A stretch of 64,000 nucleotides of DNA, taken from NCBI GenBank assembly GCA_964036045.1, contig OZ038379.1, positions 22,568,001 through 22,632,000 on the forward strand, read 5' to 3'. Position 1 is the stretch's first letter. Every line of letters starts with the position of its first letter. This document shows positions 34,701 through 46,700 of this stretch, one piece after another. The notes under the pieces are model-generated. The model made no database searches, was not told where the DNA came from, and was given only the letters and a program-made list of their open reading frames with translations. The position numbers were made by a program, and so were the translations under genes. The stretch comes from Eutreptiella sp. 'Long Island Sound 2002'. Its lineage: Eukaryota > Protista > Euglenida.

Positions 34701-37700
34701 GCTGTGGCATTACATTCACGTGGACAATGATGACTCTGGCACCGTGACCGAGCACCAGTGGCAAGAGGTATGTCTGTGAACATGTTCACAAGTCTCATGC
34801 CATGTCATTTGGTCTCGACAAACGATGTGCAGGGGAGCAGGGACATGGGCCTGGTGAAAGGGAGACCAACATCCTAGAAGTGCGCAAGGCCTGTCAGAAG
34901 GCCGCGTCGTGCTCTGCGGATATGTATCGTGCAGGGTCCCTGAGTTGGATGCCTGCATAAGCAGAGAACGTCCAGTGTTGAGGCACAGGAGTTGAAAGTT
35001 TTAGATGCAATCTGCTCCCTGCTTTTTTGCCGTAGCAATAGTTTTTCGTTCTTTTCGGTGCTAAGTTTCTTTGTAAATGGCAAAAGGTGGTGCAAAAGGG
35101 ACCCAATTTGAAAAAGGAGTGCATGCGAAGCAAAAATTGCAACAGGTAAAAGGCAAAAAGGTGCAAACCAGAGTAGTACTGTAATTTTGTGGTGACTATC
35201 CCTTCCATGTTCTGGGCCGATTTCATAACATGAATCTCCAACTCGGCTTTCCGTTGCGGATTCCCGGAGGGAACGTCTTAAACCGTCCGTTAGATACATC
35301 CGAATGCCGATTCACAAAACGATGAAAAAAAATCAGGTGTTGCAACAGCAGTATTCAATCCAAATTCAATGGTTCTTGATTCAATGTCCATGGTTGCACC
35401 CAGGGGCATTGCTTTGTCGTTTCTAATTCTAAAACTTCACAAAATTCCAGGAAATTCAAAAGGGGCTGCGTGTATACATTGGGGCCCACAAAAGATAGAA
35501 GAATGATCAAGGTCAGGTGTGTGGGAGGTACACTTCCTCCTTGTATATGATTGCGTTGCTCCTACGTAGTTCCCAACAATCGGTACACCGTCCTGACATA
35601 GTCCTGACACTACGTTTTTCCCAGACACAGAGTTCATCATGCCCAGGCAATGACCAGATGTATCTATGGCAACACAGGCACAGAGAGTGATCTCTCTTAG
35701 ACATACTAATATCCAGACGAGCAGTTTGGGCAGCCCATTTCTGACCGACGCAGGAGCAGGGGACAGCTTTCAGAAACCATGCCGGGACAGTGGGCCGGAG
35801 GGTGTCGTGCCTGTCCCAGTGGTTGTCAGTTCGTGTTACGGCACGGCGTAACTGTCAATCAGCGTTTGTACGCTCTGCATTGTGCCCTATTCATCAGGGA
35901 CTGGAGGCTGTGTTGCAGCTGGACATCCCCTGGAACGAGTACCAGGAGGACCTGGTCACATTGGACGACTCAGGGCGTGTGGATTATCGCCGCTTTTTGC
36001 ACCGCTTCCGCATTGGGGTCTGTCCCGTGAGGTAGTTTACGCATCTACGCGTGCGCCAGTGTGCAGCCTATGGGTCTGTGGTAGTGTGATTTGTGCGGAG
36101 TTATTGTTGTGCGGCTTTTTACCCAGAGTCCAGGCTCTGCACAGGTGGGGGTGGGGGGAAGGAATGTGTATGTTGTAATTCGTGTAATTTTTTTTTTTTC
36201 GCTGTAAATGCGCGTAACAAAAAAACCGTATAGTCGTGTAATTTTTTTTTTTTCGCTGTAAGTCGTGTAAGCCGGCTTACACGACTTACAGCAAAAAAAA
36301 AAAAATTACACCACCTGACGGTTTTTTTGTTACACGCATTTACAGCGAAAAAAAAAAAATTACACGACTTACAGCGAAAAAAAAAAAATTACACGACCTG
36401 ACGGTTTTTTTGTTACACGCATTTACAGCGAAAAAAAAAAAATTACACGACTTACAGCAAAAAAAAAAAAATTACACGACTTACAGCAAAAAAAAAAAAA
36501 TTACACCACCTGACGGTTTTTTGTTACACGCATTTACAGCAGAAAAAAAAAGCAAAAAAAAGCGTCAGGGGTTATGTAGCCACCTTGCCCACTTGTGGGC
36601 CACTTCTGATTCTGCCCCCCGCTCTGCAGCGGTGGGGCTCCCCGATACGGCAGGGGTGAGGTAGCCAATTTGCCCACTTGTGGGCCACTTCTGATTCTGC
36701 CCCCCGCTCTGCAGCGGTGGGGCTCCCCGATACGGCAGGGGTGAGGTAGCCAATTTGCCCACTTGTGGGCCACTTCTGATTCTGCCCCCCGCTCTGCAGC
36801 GGTGGGGCTCCCCGATACGGCAGGGGTGAGGTAGCCAATTTGCCCACTTGTGGGCCACTTCTGATTATGCCCCCCGCTCTGCAGCGGTGGGGCTCCCCGA
36901 TACGGCAGGGGTGAGGTAGCCAATTTGCCCACTTGTGGGCCACTTCTGATTCTGCCCCCCGCTCTGCAGCGGTGGGGCTCCCCGATACGGCAGGGGTGAG
37001 GTAGCCAATTTGCCCACTTGTGGGCCACTTCTGATTCTGCCCCCCGCTCTGCAGCGGTGGGGCTCCCCGATACGGCAGGGGTGAGGTAGCCAATTTGCCC
37101 ACTTGTGGGCCACTTCTGATTCTGCCCCCCGCTCTGCAGCGGTGGGGCTCCCCGATACGGCAGGGGTGAGGTAGCCAATTTGCCCACTTGTGGGCCACTT
37201 CTGATTCTGCCCCCCGCTCTGCAGCGGTGGGGCTCCCCGATACGGCAGGGGTGAGGTAGCCAATTTGCCCACTTGTGGGCCAATTCTGATTCTGCCCCCC
37301 GCTCTGCAGCGGTGGGGCTCCCCGATACGGCAGGGGTGAGGTAGCCAATTTGCCCACTTGTGGGCCACTTCTGATTCTGCCCCCCGCTCTGCAGCGGTGG
37401 GGCTCCCCGATACGGCAGGGGTGAGGTAGCCAATTTGCCCACTTGTGGGCCACTCCTGATTCTGCCCCCCGCTCTGCAGCGGTGGGGCTCCCCGATACGG
37501 CAGGGGTGAGGTAGCCAATTTGCCCACTTGTGGGCCACTTCTGATTATGCCCCCCGCTCTGCAGCGGTGGGGCTCCCCGATACGGCAGGGGTGAGGTAGC
37601 CAATTTGCCCACTTGTGGGCCACTTCTGATTCTGCCCCCCGCTCTGCAGCGGTGGGGCTCCCCGATACGGCAGGGGTGAGGTAGCCAATTTGCCCACTTG

Positions 37701-40700
37701 TGGGCCACTTCTGATTCTGCCCCCCGCTCTGCAGCGGTGGGGCTCCCCGATACGGCAGGGGTGAGGTAGCCAATTTGCCCACTTGTGGGCCACTTCTGAT
37801 TCTGCCCCCCGCTCTGCAGCGGTGGGGCTCCCCGATACGGCAGGGGTGAGGTAGCCAATTTGCCCACTTGTGGGCCACTTCTGATTCTGCCCCCCGCTCT
37901 GCAGCGGTGGGGCTCCCCGATACGGCAGGGGTGAGGTAGCCAATTTGCCCACTTGTGGGCCAATTCTGATTCTGCCCCCCGCTCTGCAGCGGTGGGGCTC
38001 CCCGATACGGCAGGGGTGAGGTAGCCAATTTGCCCACTTGTGGGCCACTTCTGATTCTGCCCCCCGCTCTGCAGCGGTGGGGCTCCCCGATACGGCAGGG
38101 GTGAGGTAGCCAATTTGCCCACTTGTGGGCCACTTCTGATTCTGCCCCCCGCTCTGCAGCGGTGGGGCTCCCCGATACGGCAGGGGTGAGGTAGCCAATT
38201 TGCCCACTTGTGGGCCAATTCTGATTCTGCCCCCCGCTCTGCAGCGGTGGGGCTCCCCGATACGGCAGGGGTGAGGTAGCCAATTTGCCCACTTGTGGGC
38301 CAATTCTGATTCTGCCCCCCGCTCTGCAGCGGTGGGGCTCCCCGATACGGCAGGGGTGAGGTAGCCAATTTGCCCACTTGTGGGCCACTTCTGATTCTAC
38401 CCCCCGCTCTGCAGCGGTGGGGCTCCCCGATACGGCAGGGGTGAGGTAGCCAATTTGCCCACTTGTGGGCCACTTCTGATTCTGCCCCCCGCTCTGCAGC
38501 GGTGGGGCTCCCCGATACGGCAGGGGTGAGGTAGCCAATTTGCCCACTTGTGGGCCACTTTTGATTCTGCCCCCCGCTCTGCAGCGGTGGGGCTCCCCGA
38601 TACGGCAGGGGTGAGGTAGCCAATTTGCCCACTTGTGGGCCACTTCTGATTCTGCCCCCCGCTCTGCAGCGGTGGGGCTCCCCGATACGGCAGGGGTGAG
38701 GTAGCCAATTTGCCCACTTGTGGGCCAATTCTGATTCTGCCCCCCGCTCTGCAGCGGTGGGGCTCCCCGATACGGCAGGGGTGAGGTAGCCAATTTGCCC
38801 ACTTGTGGGCCACTTCTGATTCTGCCCCCCGCTCTGCAGCGGTGGGGCTCCCCGATACGGCAGGGGTGAGGTAGCCAATTTGCCCACTTGTGGGCCACTT
38901 CTGATTCTGCCCGAGGAGTTGGACGTCCTTTCTAATCCTCTATTGGCTTCTCCCCCAGGTAAGGAGGTGAAGAAAAAAGAGGTCCAGTCATCTGATTCAG
39001 AGGTGGACCTCTTTGCGCCTCCCCCTGGCGCCCCTGTGCCAAAGAAGAAGGCGAAGGGAAAGAAGGTCTTGCCCAAGGCACCCCCTATCGACCCTCCCAA
39101 TCCCCAAAGGCGTACTCGGAGCACCATTCCGAGCGAAACAACCCCTTTGGGGGTGGGACATTGGTTGACCGACAAGGATATCCTGTGTTGGTTGAACCAA
39201 GAGGTCTGCCACAATGAAATCGATGAACCACGTGCGTGGACTCTTGCGGTTATATATATCAAGAGACTCTCCAAGTACATGCAGAGAGTTGAATCCGGCG
39301 AAAGAATGACCAACATGAGGTGGTGCCGCCGCCACATTTTTGTGGTTAATTCCAATGACAAGGAAGGGTTGCACTGGTTTGTGTGTGCCTTCGATTGTCG
39401 TGTCCGGTTGGAGCTTTTCACTATTTGGGTTTGGGAACCCCTAAGCTCCACTCATTTGATCCGTCCTTTCTTGTCGGCCTTGAAGAAGCTTTCGCGAACC
39501 ACCAAGCACCGCGCCTTGGGATTCCAAACGGACGGTTGGTCTTGTGGTTTTCAAAGCTTGAACATCGCAAAGCAGGTGGTGGAGCACCGGGGTACTTTTT
39601 CCAATGTGCCCCTTGTCCCAATGGGTGCCGGTTTTGTGGACTACGTGCTCAACATTGTTAACGCTGATCGTGCTGTGCGGGTCGCTCAAGCGCCCGGTGA
39701 TGATGTGGAGGGCGTGATCGAGCTTGCTGGCCCTCCTGAGTCCCCCCCCAGCACCCAAGTTGAAGGTGCACTTTCGGCTAAGGAGGACAGTGTTCAGGCC
39801 ACCCCCACCCCACTCGAAGGCAAGGAGGCCTCCGCCGAGCAGAGCGTGGAAAGCCCGGAGGCCAGGCCGCAACCTTCCGTGGACACTCCCACCGAGGAGG
39901 AGGACACCCGTCCCAAGGTCCTCATCCGTGGAGAGTGGCGCAAGGTGCCGGATGGCTACCCAGCAGATGCATCTGGCCAGCTGGAGCGTGACCAGCTTTT
40001 CATTGATGGCCTGTGCAAGCAGATAGTTCCAGAGTTGCGCGCCGCTTGTCAACTTAACGCCAATCCTGGTGCAAAGCCCAAGTCCGGTGACACAAAAACG
40101 GACTTGATCTACAAGCGTGCATTCTGCAACTACTTGTAGCGGGTGCATGTTTTGTGGGTTGTATTTTCCTCCGCCGTTTGGTGTACCAATGGTGGAGCGT
40201 ATAAGATTGCTATAATATTGGCCCCATGCCAGTGCCTTGGTGGCCTATAATGGTGGCAGTAGCGTTGGCCATGGCCCTGTCGGGACTCTTTTTCTTGAGC
40301 CTGATTTTGTTCCCAGTGCAGGCACACTGGATGTTGGCCATGGCCCTGTCAGGAATCTTCTCTTGGGCCTGATTTTGAGTCTAGTGCCAATGACAACATG
40401 TGAAACTATGTTATATTGGCCGAGTCCCAACTAATTGGTGGCCACGCGGAGTACTATGTGCTTTGTGGACTCGGCGTCCCATCGTTAAGGTCGCTATGGG
40501 GTGCCGTACGGAACCGGCAGCTGTACATATTGCGCATGTATTGCAAAGGTTGGATTTCTTTCAATTTTTCAATTTTTTTTATAATTTACACGACTTACAG
40601 CAAAAAAAAAAAAATTACACGACTTACAGCAAAAAAAAAAAATTCAATTTTTTTTTATAATTCACACGACTTACAGCAAAAAAAAAAAAATTACACGCAT

Positions 40701-43700
40701 TTACAGCAAAAAAAAAAAAATTACACGACTATACGGTTTTTTTGTACACGACTTACATTTTTCACGGAAGGAATGAGACGAAGGAGGGGGGCGGTGCTGC
40801 ATTTGTGCAGGGGTGTCCGAGGGCTGAACAGCAGTCCGCGTTTCCAGTGTCTACCTCACTGAATACCAGCACACCCTGGTCAATGTTGCCACGTGGCCCA
40901 CTTGCTGCACCAACTTTGAGCCGTTTGAGGTGCCGGATGTATCGGTAGTGTGAGGGCACGGGTCCGGGGGAAAGGGACGTCAGGGAGAGTGTGAGGGGAA
41001 TTGTCAATTACGACCAACTTAAGCAGAAGACCGCAGATCAACAACTGTGCCCCAGCTGGGGGCTTGCCTCCCATCAAAATAAGAGCAAATGAATGACTGA
41101 CGAACTGAAGGGCTGACGGGCTGACGGACAGACCATGGTTAATGGGTCTTTTTTTGGCTGGGGTCCATGTGGGGTTAAGGGGGTTCGGGAATCATTACTC
41201 AGTAGTGGTTGGTCAGTAATGATTCAGGGTTTCAGAATGAGAGGTTTCATTGAGACTTTTGGGTGTCAATTTCTGTGTCTCCCTGCCACCCGCCGCCCCC
41301 CCCTTTTTTCCCTTCCGTCTACTCCCGAGATGCAGAATTGTCCGCTTTTGATGCCTAAAACCTGGCATTGTGAGCACAACACTAAATGTACCCCTGCCAA
41401 TGCTTGTCGAAGAAAGCTGCTGCACAATACGAACCTCGAGCACAAGCTGCAACAATTCTGCCGAAGTTGTTGGCCTTGCGGTTTTTCCACTTATTGCTGG
41501 CATTTACTGTGCTGCTGCCATCACTGCAGCTGTGTACCCAAAGACCCCTTTGAAGCCAGCTCTAGTTGTAGTTCTCGTTTTGGGTCCAGAGAACAGGTCT
41601 TGAACTCCACATGTGTGAAACTGTTTGCATGGCAGCAATTGCCTGCTCATTCACAGTCACCCTGATCTATGGTTTCTCAGTCATCTTTCAATTGCCGAGC
41701 TGGGATGGTTGTCTTCAGCTGCTGGTGTCCTTCTTGCTCTGTGCTCAATACAATACCAATTGTTGAATGATTACTCCATGCCATTACTCAAGAACCTTTC
41801 CTCTGGCGGGTGGTTAGGGGGGGCGGTTCGCGGGACCCCCCCTCGCTTATTCGCAGCCCTGGGACAGACTGAATGCCAGACGGATTGTCTGACTGAATTG
41901 AATGAAGGCAGCAGTAGGGACTCACAACAGCATCAATAACATGTTTCTTTGCTGGCCTTTAACAGCATTGGCGTTTGGCGCAGCCACTACCCAACTGGTT
42001 GCGGACTGGGGGGATGAAGGGGATGGGCGCAGGGAATACAGGACATCATGGGAAAAGGGAGGGGGCGAAGGGGTGAAACAAGGGGATTTCCAACCGGGGG
42101 GCGAGGAAGGGAAAGGGGGACGGGAGGCCCCTCTTATGCTTCATGATGCGGTCAGGAGTTCGACCAAATGACGAAGAATTCAGACCCTGGGCTAATTGGG
42201 CGTTTCCAAAGATGAAACTTTGGGCCTGGTCTGGGCGTTTCGGATGCCCACAGACATTTGGTCGTTGTGTCCTGTTCAGTGACAATTGGCCTGCGGTGCG
42301 AGACACTCGCGTATATCAGACTTTGATGAGGGCGGATTTGTGTTATCAAGACACACTTAAGCTCTTTGAAGACGGCCTCACTGCAGAACATTTTTCTGCC
42401 ATGCTTCAGAAGTGCGGTTTGCAGGTTGCGTTGCCCTCCATCGTTCTGCACTCCGAATCAACGTCAGCGCACACAATGTCCATGTCCATGCTGTGCCACC
42501 CGCAGTGACTGGCTACTTGTTCCAAGGAGCTATCCTTCAGCAGGCACCGGGATTTGAACCTGCGGCTTCCCTGGCTGAAACAACGTCTGTCCCGCCAGGC
42601 ACAATGGTCTTTGGACCGGGTCTAGCTCAGTCAAGAGTTCAGTTTTGATTTCTGTCCCACACTGTCACCCGCAGTTGCCTTGTATGTTGCAGGTCCGAAT
42701 ACAATTTCCTGATAAAGACTCCAGTGGCCCGGAAAACTGCCGCATTTCACGGCCACCACCATTTTGTTTTTTTGCTCACGTCGCACGAGAGGAGGCCCCA
42801 ATGAATTATGATCATGGGTGTTGGGCAGGTCTCGTGATTTTTCCATACCGTTTTTCAGGTCGTTGTGCACATGTTTTCCTTTTGGACGTATTCGGTAAAC
42901 GGCCAAACCATTGCTCTAAACCGGAAACAATAGGCCTCTGCGGCAGCGAGGGCATTGCTACAGCATCTGTATTGCCCACCCTTCTAGGCGGGGGGGGGGC
43001 GGGGTCGGGGGCATCACATCTGAGCCCCGAAGTAGGGCTCCGGCAATCTCCATACCGCGACCTCATGGCAGCATTCAGCAGAAGTCATCGACACTGCGAT
43101 TCACAAACTGTGCCACCTCGCATCACTAAAGATCAATAATGGGGCAAATTCATTGTAAACCCCCCCCCTCGTTTAGACCGACCCCGCCCACTGCAACGAC
43201 CCACTCAAATACACTGACCCCTTCCAGTCACCGGGGCATGCAACACAATAAACCGACCCATTCCCAGACCCACGGCCACATCAAAGACGGATACAACAAC
43301 AATGTGGACAGGCAGCAGACTCTCATTGAAACTGTGCTGTGCGACAGTTGCTAACGCAGAAAGGAGGTGATGGGCATTTGCTTTGGTGCTGCCTTAGGTT
43401 TCGGCTTAGGCCTGGGCTGGGCAGCAGGTTTTGCTGCTGCAATCATATCCTTCTTGAACTGCTCCATGACAGCATCCACCCTAAAATAGAACGACCCCCC
43501 CCAATACACCGACCCCCGCAAAAATCTGCACCGTGCTGCCCGAAATTAACGACAGGGGCGTTCTAAACAGGGGGGGGGGGTTTAAGGGGGGGCTGCTGCA
43601 TCTGGTGGTTTGCAATACAGCTGGCCCTCCTCCCACCCATTCCTCAGCAGCACGGTGCCTGCACGCTGTGCGTGGTTCGACATTGCGAAGTTGAAACCGG

Positions 43701-46700
43701 CCGCCGGAAAATTTCAGATGTTTTACAGTTGAGGTTCTGGTACTATTGTGGGTACGGCGTGCAGACTGTGCATCTCCCGCCACGACAGCCACTAAGGCTA
43801 CCCTTGGATGTAGAGGGAAGCCTGCAAGTTGTTGTTGTTGTCGTTAATAACACCACTACGTTACGCTGGGGTTATCGGGATTGGTTTTCACAAAATACCT
43901 GAAAATCCTGTTTGGGAATATTGTTGCACCAAAAGAGGACAAAAAAGGCCTACAGCACTCTTCCTCTCTGCGCAGGCCTGCGATTCCAAATCTTTGTTCA
44001 GCAAGCACTGCCACAGCACTAATGACACAGCTACGGCCTGTAGCACCAATGGTCACTTTCTTGTTTTGCAGAAGGAGATCACATTTGATCAAATCCGGGA
44101 GGTGGTGGCAATGGTGCGGTCCTTGGGCAGTGATCCCAAAGGAGATCTAAGCGCCGAAGAACTTGCGGCGCTCTTTGTTGTGATGTTCGAGGATGCGGCT
44201 GAGGAGGAGCACGAAAAGGTATGGGGCTGGGGTGCCGGGTCAGGACCATGAGTCAGGTTGGGTTGCGGGGGGTGCGCTTTGCATCACAACGGGTTGTCTC
44301 GACCTTTTGTGGCATGTTTCTTCAAAGGTTTGGTGCAATGCCCGCTGGGCATCTCCAGCCCCCCCCCCCTTCAACTTCCGTATTCCAGACATGTGACAAA
44401 GCCCATGACTGTTTGCGTTACCGTGTGTATTCCTTCATGATGCAGCTGGCAGCCAGCGGTCCAAGACGCCTGCTTTTCTTTTTCCTCATTGACAGCAGTC
44501 TCTTACTGTGTGTCTTTGTCGGCAAACGGCAAACCCGTCCACAGTTCCAACGGTGCTCCTGGACGTTGTTGTGCTGTTCCCGCCCCAGACCCGTATGTTA
44601 CACTGTGACTGGGACGGCGCCAGTGCCACAACGCACCCGAATTTGCACAAGCCTCTGACCCCTCATTCTGCATCAAATCCGTTCAGGGTCCAGAGGCACC
44701 GTCACAGAGTGGCACTGCGATCACGGAGCAGCTCAACACTGACCTGGAGGCCCCTGTGATTGAGGACGCCGGGGGGCCTGTGGTGGCTGATGAGGACGCT
44801 GCGGACGGCACTTTGGGTACCGCGGACAGCACGTTGGACGGCACTTTGGGTACTGGAAGCCTGCCGATTCAGGTATTGCGGATGCCACGGGCAGCACACA
44901 CACGCGCGCACCCCAATCACCCCGACGGGTTTCGTTTTCGACACACATCCCTTTGCCGGTCCACGCGTGCTTTCTTTTGTGCATTTTGAATTTGGGTCCC
45001 CGTTTGTCACGCAGGCATTGCCATTCCCAAGCGGGTTCCTCAAAACGATGCAGGCGTCGCAGTGGACATGTGCGAAAATGTTCCGTGATTTCGATACGTC
45101 GAGCGTGGGGTATCTGTCCTACGACGATTTCGCAAAAGGTGTGGGGCCATGAGGCAGGGCAAGGCCTCCAGCGCCGCTCAGCCTCAATGGGCTGCAAGTG
45201 TTGGCAGGCACACGGGAGGCCAACTGGTTTGCCCCATCCCCACCCAGAGGCAAAAGGTGACATGTTACGGCAAGAAAGTCTTAATCACTTTGGCCACAGG
45301 TATGCCAATCAGTTTGTAACGGTGTTTTGGTGGGGGGGTGGGGGTCGGCCACCATAAAGTTCTCCCTCTGCCGTTTTTGGTGCCCAGCTAGTTGGTCAAT
45401 TACGTCTGGCCGAAGGCCCGGGGAGGCGAGTAGATGGACCATGAAGGGTATGTTTGCCAGTTGGCACTTCCATAGTGCCCCATGCCCCTGTGTTCCCCAT
45501 ATCGCCTCTTGCTTGTGCCCAGGACAATGTACGGCCAAAACAGGTATCCGGCCATGGAGCCCACCATGATAGCAAAAATCACATGAAATCTTCAGCAAAA
45601 TAACTTCACATGTTTGTGTACCACGGTATGCCACACCAGATACAAAACACTTGTTCTACTGCTAGTAGAATCAAATCAATGAACAGCAAGACCCCTCGTA
45701 ATTGCAGTTTTACACGGGGATTAGATACAGGCTACTACACCCAGTGTTTTGCATTTTGTCTGTTTTCAAGCCCAACATTTTACGACTTTTTGACGGAAAC
45801 TGGGCAAGTGGGGTTTTCACTTTCGGGGGGGGGGGTCGATAGAGCCCCCCTCCGCGGGGTTCGGGAAAAGGGCTCAATTGACAAGACCATTAATCAGCCA
45901 TCATGAACTGTGGCGCCAAAAGCGCTGAAAAATTGTTTGAGCATTGAAAATGGTCAATTTTTTTTCACCAAATACATGGCAAATGATGACTGAGCCCCCT
46001 CGACGCACTGATTCCAAAAATCCCATTTTCATTTTTTGGCCGAATTTTGGGTCTGGGTCACCTCCGGGCTTGGGGGTCAGTCTCAGTAGGATTCTGGGGG
46101 GCCCGCCAATGGAGGCCTTTTTGGGGTGTGGGGGGGGCTAGCCAGAGGGCTGTATCGACCCCCCCCCCCCCTGGGGAGAGACGAATGCCCGCCCATCCGT
46201 GCTGTTTTCAGGCTCCCTGAAATGAGCCCGCGGGGACTGGGCCTGTCGGGCATGGTGGGGAACATAGACTTCGTACCCCCAAGATTGCCTTTTTGTCGGC
46301 TCGCCTCCCTGTTCAACACCACCAAAATGTCATCGTTGGGCCAGCCAGGGTGCCCAGTGGCACAAGTGCCGAAAAAATGCGGGTCTTGCAACGAAAAGTG
46401 ATATTTGCAGGTTCCATTGCATCCCTGCTCCACCCTTCTGGGCATTGTGATAGTAGTACCCTCACCCTGTAACAGCGTGTGCCAGACTGGACTGCGTTAT
46501 GTGATCTTGAGGTGTGATTACAGTTGTGTTGAGAGGGGGGCGTGGACCTGATCCTCCTGCTCGTGGTGCTCAGGGATGCAGATGTTGTGGGATGAAGTGC
46601 AGCAAGGTGAGCAGAAGATGGGCGAGGCGTTGTCGGAGGACGAGCTGTTAGCCCTTGCCAGCGATATGGATGAGGCACGGCGGGGTCACGTCACTCTGCT

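Larger units (their letters stand above)
36166..40765. mobile_element. Mutator/Foldback-like non-autonomous element with modular TIRs, 9-bp TSD, internal tandem array and Ulp1-like protease
   Basis: GGAAGGAAT at 36157-36165 and 40766-40774; ends GTG...CAC. Both termini are built from modules TTACACGACTTACAGC(A)n and CGGTTTTTT in inverted orientation. No transposase ORF. Confidence 0.8.

Noticed and set aside
36575-38912. CRISPR-like array
   Set aside because: Units are contiguous and near-identical with no unique spacers, there are no cas genes, and the context is eukaryotic.
36534-39451. Long minus-strand ORFs (959, 677, 334 and 252 aa) with an 85-aa repeat
   Set aside because: A consequence of a stop-free 85-bp unit cycling through all three frames; no independent coding evidence, and the longest overlaps the Ulp1 ORF antisense.
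42676-42760. Acceptor followed by [12 protein letters not shown] (EF-loop-like) in a PPEF intron
   Set aside because: No suitable donor nearby, and the flanking exons already join in phase.
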